From Candidatus Omnitrophota bacterium (GTDB lineage Bacteria > Omnitrophota > Gorgyraeia > Pluralincolimonadales > Pluralincolimonadaceae): a stretch of 64,000 nucleotides of DNA. Each line of letters opens with the position of its first letter. Within the stretch, counting starts at the first letter, position 1. The notes under the pieces are model-generated. The model saw only the letters and a list, made by a program, of their open reading frames with translations, had not been told where the DNA came from and searched no databases. The DNA lies in the NCBI GenBank assembly GCA_041651455.1, contig JBAZJG010000005.1, positions 67,882 through 131,881 on the forward strand. Reading direction: 5' to 3'. The position numbers and the translations under genes were made by a program. Below, in pieces: positions 57,197 to 64,000 of the stretch.

Positions 57197-58861
57197 ATGA
57201 TAGAGCAGGACATATCAGGATTCATAGACGGTGCGTTATCGGCAGAGCCGGCCTACGCGGGATGCTATTCGAAGGAACTCCTTGTGCTCGAGAACCCGAA
57301 GGACCCTTCGCACGGCGACATAGCCGCCAATATAGCTTTCAGGCTCGCAAAGCCCATGAGGAAGAACCCGGCGGAACTCGCGAAGGAGATATCGAAGATA
57401 TTGAGCGGAAAGCTGGCTTCCTCGCCGTTGCGCCAGGAGATAGACGCGATAGAGCCCCTTAACGGGTTCGTGAACATCCGGTTGTCCGCGAAGGCGCTAC
57501 GCGGGGTGTTAGGGCAGATCGCGCAGCAGAAAGAAAAATTCGGGAGTTCCGCTGCCGGCAAGGGCGGGAAGGTCCAGGTCGAGTTCGTCAGCGCTAACCC
57601 GACCGGAACGCTGAGCGTCGCTCATGCGCGCCAGGCCGCCTTCGGAGATTCGCTCGCGAGCATACTGGCCGCGGACGGGTTCGATGTGACGCGGGAATAT
57701 TATATAAACGACGAAGGCGTGCAGATATCTATCCTCGGGCAGTCGATATACGCGAGGTACCGCGAATCCGTCGGCGAGGCGTACGAGTTCCCGGAGAACG
57801 GCTATAAGGGCGAATATATAAAGGAGATGGCCGAGGAGTTCCGCAAGGAGCACGGCGACAAGTACAAGGACGAGACGCCTGCCAACCTGAAGGTATTTTC
57901 GGAGTGGGGGTGCGCATACCTGCTTAACGAGATAAAACAGGAGCTGTCCGATTTCGGCGTCAAGTTCGATGTCTGGTTCAGCCAGAAAGCGCTCGGCGCC
58001 TCGGGCAAGATAGAGGAGACGCTTGAAACGTTCAGGGGCAAGGGCCTGTTGTACGAGTCCGAAGGAGCGCTGTGGTTCAGGTCGACGCAATTCGGCGACG
58101 ACAAGGACAGGGTGGTCAAGAAGAGCGACGGGGCATACACATATGTCACCCCGGATATCGCCTACCATAAGGATAAGTTCGAGCGCGGGTTCGGGAAGGT
58201 CATCGATATACTCGGCCCCGACCACCACGGATATATAAACAGGATAAAGGCGGCCGTACAGGCGCTCGGATATCCCTCGGATGCGGTGAACATAATAATC
58301 ATCCAGCTCGCGACATTATATAAGGACGGCCAGCCGGTAAAGATGTCGACGAGGGCCGGCGAATACATAACGCTCAGGGAAGTGCTCGACGAGGTAGGAA
58401 AGGACGCCGCGAGGTTCTTCTTCCTGATGAGAAAAGCGTCCGCGCACCTGGATTTCGACCTCGAACTCGCGAAGAAGCAGACGCAGGAGAACCCGGTTTT
58501 TTATGTCCAGTACGCGCACGCGAGGATCTGCAGCATAATCTCGGCGTCCGGGAAGACCGAGGCGGAGATAGGAAAGGCCGATACCGGCCTGTTATCCGCG
58601 GCGGAAGAGATCAACCTGCTGAAAGAACTGAGGCAATACCCCCTTGCGGTCAGGTTAAGCGCGCAGGAGCTCGACCCTTACAGGATAATTACCTACCTGC
58701 AGGGGCTCGCGGCCTGTTTCCATAAATTCTACGAGGCCAATAAGGTAATATCGGAGGACTCTGCGCTCACCGGATCGAGGCTGTACCTAATATCGTGCGT
58801 AAAGCGGGTCCTGGCCAACGGCCTGACGCTCCTCGGAGTCTCCTGTCCCGTAAAGATGTAA
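57197..58861 (+). CDS. argS: Arginyl-tRNA synthetase ArgS (start at MIEQD..., downstream of the 57170 start in the ORF track)
   Basis: N-terminal Arg_tRNA_synt_N region, class I catalytic core (VEFVSANPTGTLSVAHAR 'HIGH'-like; MSTRAG), and a DALR anticodon-binding domain. Confidence 0.9.
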   Translation: MIEQDISGFIDGALSAEPAYAGCYSKELLVLENPKDPSHGDIAANIAFRLAKPMRKNPAELAKEISKILSGKLASSPLRQEIDAIEPLNGFVNIRLSAKALRGVLGQIAQQKEKFGSSAAGKGGKVQVEFVSANPTGTLSVAHARQAAFGDSLASILAADGFDVTREYYINDEGVQISILGQSIYARYRESVGEAYEFPENGYKGEYIKEMAEEFRKEHGDKYKDETPANLKVFSEWGCAYLLNEIKQELSDFGVKFDVWFSQKALGASGKIEETLETFRGKGLLYESEGALWFRSTQFGDDKDRVVKKSDGAYTYVTPDIAYHKDKFERGFGKVIDILGPDHHGYINRIKAAVQALGYPSDAVNIIIIQLATLYKDGQPVKMSTRAGEYITLREVLDEVGKDAARFFFLMRKASAHLDFDLELAKKQTQENPVFYVQYAHARICSIISASGKTEAEIGKADTGLLSAAEEINLLKELRQYPLAVRLSAQELDPYRIITYLQGLAACFHKFYEANKVISEDSALTGSRLYLISCVKRVLANGLTLLGVSCPVKM

Positions 58862-58862
58862 T

Positions 58863-58967
58863 GTCCCTGAAGTTCAAACTTTCGCTTGGCCTTATTTATT
58901 ACTCGCCCCGCCGGAAGCGGGGCTGCGTCATAAACCGGCTCTGCGCTCAAGTTTAAACTTCAGGGAC
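58863..58967 (+). repeat. ~105-nt nested inverted-repeat element in the argS-mfd intergenic region. 19-bp outer arms (18/19 match) enclose a GC-rich 7-bp hairpin; a MITE/REP-like element, ncRNA or complex terminator.
   Basis: Left arm gtccctgaagttcaaactt (58863-58881). Right arm aagtttaaacttcagggac (58949-58967). Inner hairpin gccccgc-cggaa-gcggggc at 58905-58923. No U-tract follows. Confidence 0.5.
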
Positions 58968-59011
58968 AAGACGATCTTACGGATCAATGATATAACAATC
59001 TGTTAAAAGCC

Positions 59012-60946
59012 ATGTTTGAAGCCCTCAAACTTTACAAGAACGAGGAATTGTCCCTCGACAGGGTCCACGCGCGGCTCACGGACCTGGGTTACAGGCGCCA
59101 GGCAAAGGTAGCCGAAGAGGGGGATTTTGCCCAGCGCGGGGGCATACTCGATATCTTCCCCGTCACATTCGATGAGCCGGTGCGCCTCGAATTCGACGCG
59201 GACAGGCTCATCCGCATAAGGTCCTTCGACATAGCGACAGGTTCCTCATTCCTCGACCACCAGATGGCCATAGTCCTGCCGGCCAAAGGCATAATACCGA
59301 AAAGGTTAAAAGCCAGGAGGGCATCCGAAGGAACGCCCGGAATGTCCGAGGACCTTCCGATAAGCAACTTTATCGATATATCCCCGGGTGATTTCGCAGT
59401 ACATGTCAAGCACGGCATCGGAAGGTATAAGGGGATCGAACGGGTAAGGGAGCATAAGGGGACCGTCGATTATATAGTGCTCGAATATGCGGAAGGCGCG
59501 AAGCTCTTCGTGCCGATGGGCGACATGCACCTCGTCCAGAAGTATATCGGGTTCGAAGGGCGCCCGCCGAAACTTTACAAACTGGGTACAAAGGCATGGG
59601 CGCTCGCGAAAGCGCGCGCACAGAGAGGCATATATTCGCTCGCGCTCGAGTATGTCGAGATACAGGCGAAACGCGAAGCGCTGAAAGGCCACGCGTTCCC
59701 CGCCGACACCGAATGGCAGAGGCAGCTCGAGAGGTCGTTCCCGTTCGAGGATACCCCGGCCCAGGCGCGTGCGTCCGGGGAGATAAAACGCGATATGGAG
59801 AGCCCGAAACCGATGGACAGGCTCATATGCGGGGATGTCGGGTACGGCAAGACCGAGGTCGCCCTTCGCGCGGCATTCAAGGCGGTCATGGACAACAGGC
59901 AGGTCGCGATGCTCGTACCCACGACGATACTCGCCGAACAGCATTATTCGACATTCAGGGAGCGCCTGAAGAAATTCCCCGTCAAGGTAGAGATGCTCTC
60001 GCGTTTCCGGAGCGGCGCGGAACAGAGACAGATAGTAGAGGGCCTCAAGGACGGCTCCGTGGATATAATGATAGGCACGCACAGGCTTCTTTCGCACGAT
60101 GTAAACTTTAAGGACCTCGGCCTCGTCATAATAGACGAGGAGCAGCGGTTCGGTGTGAAGCACAAGGAGCGACTCAAGAGGATGAGGCTGCTCGTGGACG
60201 TGCTTACGCTTACCGCGACGCCGATCCCGCGCACGCTCTATATGTCCCTGATGGGCATAAAGGACATGAGCGTCATTGACACGCCGCCGAAGGACAGGAT
60301 ACCTGTCGCAACTAAGGTCTCGGAGTTCAGCGAAGCGGCTATAAAGGCGGGGATCGAACGCGAGCTGAAACGAGGCGGCCAGGTCTTCTTCGTGAACAAC
60401 AGGATACAGGGCCTGGGCAAACTGGCTGAGAGGCTCAAGTCGATCGTCCCGAAGGCGAAGATAGAGCAGGCGCACGGGCAGATGCCCGCCCATGAGCTCG
60501 AGAATATAATGGTCGGGTTCATCAGGGGAAAGATAGACGTGCTCGTCTCTACGGCGATCGTCCAGTCAGGCATCGATATCCCGAACGCGAACACGATATT
60601 CGTGAACCGCGCGGACATGTTCGGGCTCGCCGACCTCTACCAGTTAAGGGGGAGGGTCGGCAGGTATACGGTGCAGGCATACTCGTATTTCCTTTATCCG
60701 AAGGGCTGGCAGCTCCCGAAGGACGCCGAGGCCAGGCTTAGGGCCATAGAGGAACACACGGAACTCGGTTCGGGATTCAAGATAGCTATGGAGGACCTTG
60801 AGCTGCGGGGCGCCGGCAACCTCCTCGGGACGGAACAGCACGGCTTCATCCAGGCCATAGGGTTCGACCTCTATTGCAGGCTGCTCAGGAGCACGATAGC
60901 CGGGCTCAAGGAGTACAGGGCTTCCGCGCGGAAAGGGCTTGCTTAG
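59012..60946 (+). CDS. mfd: Transcription-repair coupling factor Mfd, minimal form (644 aa). It keeps a D1b-like segment, the RNAP-interacting TRCF/CarD domain and the SF2 translocase modules, but lacks the N-terminal UvrB-homology/UvrA-binding domains and the C-terminal D7 domain.
   Basis: [14 protein letters not shown] (D1b-like), [20 protein letters not shown] (CarD_TRCF RID), DEAD-like [19 protein letters not shown]...DEEQRFG, helicase C motif [10 protein letters not shown], and TRG-like ...[25 protein letters not shown], then a stop. An in-frame TGA 24 nt upstream of the ATG excludes an N-terminal extension. Confidence 0.8.
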   Translation: MFEALKLYKNEELSLDRVHARLTDLGYRRQAKVAEEGDFAQRGGILDIFPVTFDEPVRLEFDADRLIRIRSFDIATGSSFLDHQMAIVLPAKGIIPKRLKARRASEGTPGMSEDLPISNFIDISPGDFAVHVKHGIGRYKGIERVREHKGTVDYIVLEYAEGAKLFVPMGDMHLVQKYIGFEGRPPKLYKLGTKAWALAKARAQRGIYSLALEYVEIQAKREALKGHAFPADTEWQRQLERSFPFEDTPAQARASGEIKRDMESPKPMDRLICGDVGYGKTEVALRAAFKAVMDNRQVAMLVPTTILAEQHYSTFRERLKKFPVKVEMLSRFRSGAEQRQIVEGLKDGSVDIMIGTHRLLSHDVNFKDLGLVIIDEEQRFGVKHKERLKRMRLLVDVLTLTATPIPRTLYMSLMGIKDMSVIDTPPKDRIPVATKVSEFSEAAIKAGIERELKRGGQVFFVNNRIQGLGKLAERLKSIVPKAKIEQAHGQMPAHELENIMVGFIRGKIDVLVSTAIVQSGIDIPNANTIFVNRADMFGLADLYQLRGRVGRYTVQAYSYFLYPKGWQLPKDAEARLRAIEEHTELGSGFKIAMEDLELRGAGNLLGTEQHGFIQAIGFDLYCRLLRSTIAGLKEYRASARKGLA

Positions 60947-61000
60947 CCGTATTTCGGTATGGTAGTATATTATTCGTAACAACTTACCAGGAACAACATT

Positions 61001-61849
61001 ATGCCAAACAGAACTGTCAGGATAATATGTGTTTCCGCCGCAATATTCGCGGCCGCGGCAGTCCTCCCGGGATGTTCCGACACGAGGTCTAATAAGACCC
61101 TTGCGCGGGTCAACGGCAAGGCCATTACCGTCGGGGATTTCGAGACGAGGTTGTCGAAAATGCCCGCGTACTATAAAGCTATCGCCGCGCAGCGGAAAAA
61201 GGATTTCCTCGAAGACATGATCAGCGAGCAGCTTATGTACAAAGAGGCCCTGAAAAGGGGGCTTAACAGGGACAGGGAGGTCAAGGAGCTGATCGAAGAG
61301 GCCAGGAGGAAGATCCTTGTCGCTAAGCTGCTCGAGAACGAAGGCAGGAAGACGGCAGTGAGCGAGGAAAAGATAAAAGAATTTTACGATGCGCATAAGG
61401 ACGATTTTGTCACGCCGCTTAAGATGCGCGCGAGCCATATAATGACGGACACGGAAGCCGAGGCGAAAGAGGTCCAACAGAAGCTTAACGACGGCGTGGA
61501 TTTCGCGCAGCTTGCGAGGGAGTATTCGAAGGACCCCTCGAAGGACCGCGGCGGCGACATAGGATATTTCGTCAAGGGGCAGCTCATGCCGCAGATAGAG
61601 GAGGTCGCGCTCGGCCTCGACGTCGGCCAGACGAGCGACATAATCAGGACGAAGTTCGGGTACCATATAATAAGGATGACGGAGAAGATAGAGCCGCGGA
61701 CGGTGGAGCTGTCCGAGGTGAGGGACGCTATAGAGAAGGAACTCAAGGACAAGGCGCAGCAGGCCACAATGGATGAAATGATAAAGAACCTCAGGGCTAA
61801 AGCCCGCGTAAAGATCAACGATAAGCTGCTGGAAGAGGAGGCCGAATGA
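61001..61849 (+). CDS. Parvulin-type peptidyl-prolyl isomerase lipoprotein (PrsA/SurA-like, single parvulin domain)
   Basis: Lipobox LPGC|S, SurA-N-like helical region, and a parvulin domain (ASHIM...GGDIGYF...GYHIIRM). Confidence 0.75.
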   Translation: MPNRTVRIICVSAAIFAAAAVLPGCSDTRSNKTLARVNGKAITVGDFETRLSKMPAYYKAIAAQRKKDFLEDMISEQLMYKEALKRGLNRDREVKELIEEARRKILVAKLLENEGRKTAVSEEKIKEFYDAHKDDFVTPLKMRASHIMTDTEAEAKEVQQKLNDGVDFAQLAREYSKDPSKDRGGDIGYFVKGQLMPQIEEVALGLDVGQTSDIIRTKFGYHIIRMTEKIEPRTVELSEVRDAIEKELKDKAQQATMDEMIKNLRAKARVKINDKLLEEEAE

Positions 61850-62820
61850 TACGCAAGGCGGTGTTCATGCTCGCGCTGACATTACTCTCCGCTCCTGCAT
61901 TTTGCGGCGCCTCGCCCGCATCGGATGCTACCGCAGCCGCGGCGAACAAGATACTCGTTGTCGTAAATGATGAGGTGCTTACGCAGGCCGACCTGGATTT
62001 TGCGCTGAACCAGATATACGAGGAGCTCAAGAGCGAATATTCCGGCGCCGAACTGGCCGCAAAAATAGAAGAGGCCAGGAAGGATTACCTGAACCAGATG
62101 ATCGAGGACAAGCTGATCCTCCAGCAGGCGAAGAAACTCGGTGTCATAGTGGACGATTCCGAGGTTGAGGAGCAGTTCAAACAGATAAAATCGAAATTCC
62201 CTTCGGAAGATGTCTTCTATTCGGAAGTGCAGAAGGCCGGAATCTCTACTGAGGTGCTTAAGAAGCGCTACAGGGAAAATATAATGATGGGCAAGCTCGT
62301 CTCGCATGAAGTTAAGGAGAAGGTCGTTGTGACCCCGTCGGAGATAGACGAATATTACAAGAAGCATTCGGAGGAGCTAAAGGCCCCCGAGGCTGTGCGG
62401 GTCAGGAGCATCATGCTGCGTTTTGAGGGCGAGAAGAGCGAAGAGGCGGTAAAGCAGAAGTCATACGACATATTGAAACTTATAAAGGAAGGAAGGGATT
62501 TCGGCGAGCTCGCAAAGCTGTATTCCCAGGGGCTGAAGTCCGATGAAGGAGGGGATTTCGGTTTTGTGGAGCGAGGCCAGATGCGCGAGGATTTCGACAA
62601 GGTTATATTCAGCATGAAGGAAGGCGAGGTCTCCGAACCGCTCAGGACGGATACGGGATATTTCATATTCAAGACCGAGCAGAAAAGGGACGCGAGGACG
62701 CTTACGCTTCAGGAAGCGCATGACGATATAGAGAACATAATCTACAGGGAGAAGGCCCAACAGCGCTATAAGGACTGGATAGCGAAATTAAAACGCGATG
62801 CCTTCATACAGATCAAGTAA
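61846..62820 (+). CDS. surA: SurA-like periplasmic chaperone/PPIase
   Basis: Signal peptide, SurA N-terminal domain (KILVVVNDEVLTQADLD), and a parvulin domain (VRSIMLRF...GGDFGFV). Upstream of pdxA-rsmA, as in the proteobacterial surA-pdxA-ksgA operon. Confidence 0.75.
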   Translation: MIRKAVFMLALTLLSAPAFCGASPASDATAAAANKILVVVNDEVLTQADLDFALNQIYEELKSEYSGAELAAKIEEARKDYLNQMIEDKLILQQAKKLGVIVDDSEVEEQFKQIKSKFPSEDVFYSEVQKAGISTEVLKKRYRENIMMGKLVSHEVKEKVVVTPSEIDEYYKKHSEELKAPEAVRVRSIMLRFEGEKSEEAVKQKSYDILKLIKEGRDFGELAKLYSQGLKSDEGGDFGFVERGQMREDFDKVIFSMKEGEVSEPLRTDTGYFIFKTEQKRDARTLTLQEAHDDIENIIYREKAQQRYKDWIAKLKRDAFIQIK

Positions 62821-63808
62821 AAAAGCGGCTCCGGGGCGCCCGAAGGTCGTCATAACGATAGGCGACCCGTGCGGAATAGGCCCGGAAGTAGTACTGAGGT
62901 CCATGGCAAGTCCTGCATTACGCGGGCTTGCCGATTTTATTATTGTAGGCGACCTTACGGTGCTTTCGGCGGCCTCAAAAGCGGCCGGGGTGCCGCTGTG
63001 CCGCGGCAGCGCCGGGATACGGCTGGTCGACACGGGAGCCGTGAAAGCCCGCGATGTGAGTTTCGGCAGGCAGTCGAAACTATCCGGAAGGGCTTCCCTG
63101 AAATACCTTGATATCGCGCTCGGTATTATAAGAGACGGCGAGGCGGACTGCATAGTGAACGCGCCGCTGAGCAAAGAAGCCGTATCGCTGTCCCGCAAGG
63201 GTTTTACCGGGCACACGGAATATATTGCCGCAAAATTCGGCGTAAGGAAATTCGCGATGATGCTGATCGGCGGCCCGTTGAGGGTCGCGCTGGTCACAAG
63301 GCACATACCGGTCAAGGATGTGCCTGCGGCGCTTACGCGCGCGAATATCACGGATTGCATAAAGATCAGCCATGGCGCGATGAAGGGATTGTTCGGTATC
63401 GCGGAGCCGAGGATAGGCGTCGCGAGCCTGAATCCCCACGGCGGAGAGGGCGGCAAGATCGGCACCGAGGAGGTAAGGGTGATCGGGCCCGCCGTGAAGC
63501 TCGCAAGTAAGGCGTGCCCGGGCGTGATAGGCCCGGTATCGTCCGAGGCCCTGTTCTATTCCGCATACCGCGGTAAATTGGATTGCATAGTCGCTATGTA
63601 CCATGACCAGGGGCTCACGCCGCTGAAGATGATAGCGCGTGACGAAAGCATCAATGTCACGCTTGGGCTTCCGTTCCCGAGGACTTCGCCGGGCCACGGC
63701 ACAGCGTTTGATATCGCGGGCAAAGGCATTGCCGGTTCCGGCCCGATGGAAGAATCAATAAAGCTCGCGGCCCGCATGGCCGTGAGGAACGGGAAACCGG
63801 TATGCTGA
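62798..63808 (+). CDS. pdxA: 4-hydroxythreonine-4-phosphate dehydrogenase PdxA
   Basis: VVITIGDPCGIGPEV N-terminus and conserved NPHGGEGG and GLPFPRTSPGHGTAFDIAGKG motifs. Confidence 0.85.
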   Translation: MPSYRSSKKAAPGRPKVVITIGDPCGIGPEVVLRSMASPALRGLADFIIVGDLTVLSAASKAAGVPLCRGSAGIRLVDTGAVKARDVSFGRQSKLSGRASLKYLDIALGIIRDGEADCIVNAPLSKEAVSLSRKGFTGHTEYIAAKFGVRKFAMMLIGGPLRVALVTRHIPVKDVPAALTRANITDCIKISHGAMKGLFGIAEPRIGVASLNPHGGEGGKIGTEEVRVIGPAVKLASKACPGVIGPVSSEALFYSAYRGKLDCIVAMYHDQGLTPLKMIARDESINVTLGLPFPRTSPGHGTAFDIAGKGIAGSGPMEESIKLAARMAVRNGKPVC

Positions 63809-64000
63809 CCCTTCCGGAACTTAAATCCACGCTTAGGAAATACCGGATAACCCCTAAGAAATATCTCGGCCAGAATTTCCTTGTGGATAGCGATATAATA
63901 GAGGATATCATGACTGCCTGCAGGTTCACGAACATAGACTGGGTCATGGAGATAGGCGCCGGGCTCGGCGCGCTTACGAACAGGCTTGCCCGGGATGCCA
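63802..64000 (+). CDS. rsmA: 16S rRNA (adenine1518/1519-N6)-dimethyltransferase RsmA/KsgA; 5' partial, runs off the window
   Basis: MLTLPELKSTLRKYRITPKKYLGQNFLVD... is the canonical KsgA N-terminus. The ATG overlaps the pdxA stop. Confidence 0.8.
   Translation, partial: MLTLPELKSTLRKYRITPKKYLGQNFLVDSDIIEDIMTACRFTNIDWVMEIGAGLGALTNRLARDA

Noticed and set aside
60936-61000. Possible promoter upstream of the PrsA-like lipoprotein gene (TGgTAgTATATT-like -10 at ~60968-60980).
   Set aside because: No acceptable -35 at 16-18 nt spacing, so it is too weak to call. The gene may be transcribed by read-through from mfd.
1-64000. The whole window was searched for CRISPR arrays, tRNA/rRNA genes, transposases, integrases and toxin-antitoxin pairs.
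   Set aside because: No direct-repeat or spacer periodicity, no tRNA-like cloverleaf candidates in the few intergenic gaps longer than 60 nt, and no ORF with transposase, integrase or recombinase motifs. The pilus locus has no recognisable mobility genes, so any island origin is inferred from context only.

Overview
This window is a 64 kb, GC-rich (~58-60%) bacterial chromosomal segment. It is almost entirely co-directional on the + strand and densely packed, with many ATGA/TGATG start-stop overlaps. Secretin PilQ, SurA and Lgt/LspA indicate a diderm organism. The gene order is as follows. (1) A complete dcw cell-wall/division cluster: ftsI-murE-murF-mraY-murD-ftsW-murG-murC-murB-ddl-ftsQ-ftsA. 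There is no ftsZ after ftsA. The cluster runs directly into yggS(ylmE)-proC-yggT(ylmG)-PNP-ileS-dksA/traR-lspA-lgt-rluD. (2) A small membrane protein, a coiled-coil protein and aroA. (3) The rod-shape module mreB-mreC-mreD-mrdA-rodA, followed by a TIGR03960-type radical SAM gene. (4) A ~16 kb type IV pilus locus. It contains a HAMP-GAF-degenerate-GGDEF protein, pilT, a standalone GspE-N (MshEN-like) domain protein, two tandem pilB paralogues, pilC, two tandem pilin genes, a convergent minus-strand operon of three minor pilins plus a Pro-rich protein, and pilMNOPQ. (5) A DUF2344 (radical-SAM-linked) gene, rng, a macro-domain gene, rplU-rpmA-obg-proB-proA-nadD, corA, a CNNM/CorC gene, a small zinc-ribbon ORF, rsfS, argS, an unusually short mfd lacking the N- and C-terminal regulatory domains, two parvulin/SurA-like PPIases, pdxA and the start of rsmA. 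Several near-consensus sigma70 promoters, three intrinsic terminators, a 15-bp perfect palindrome at a promoter start site and a ~105-nt nested inverted-repeat element are visible. The most notable observations are the FtsZ-less dcw cluster, the pilus locus apparently inserted between two normally adjacent genes with c-di-GMP-type sensory features and duplicated ATPase and pilin genes, and the minimal Mfd.
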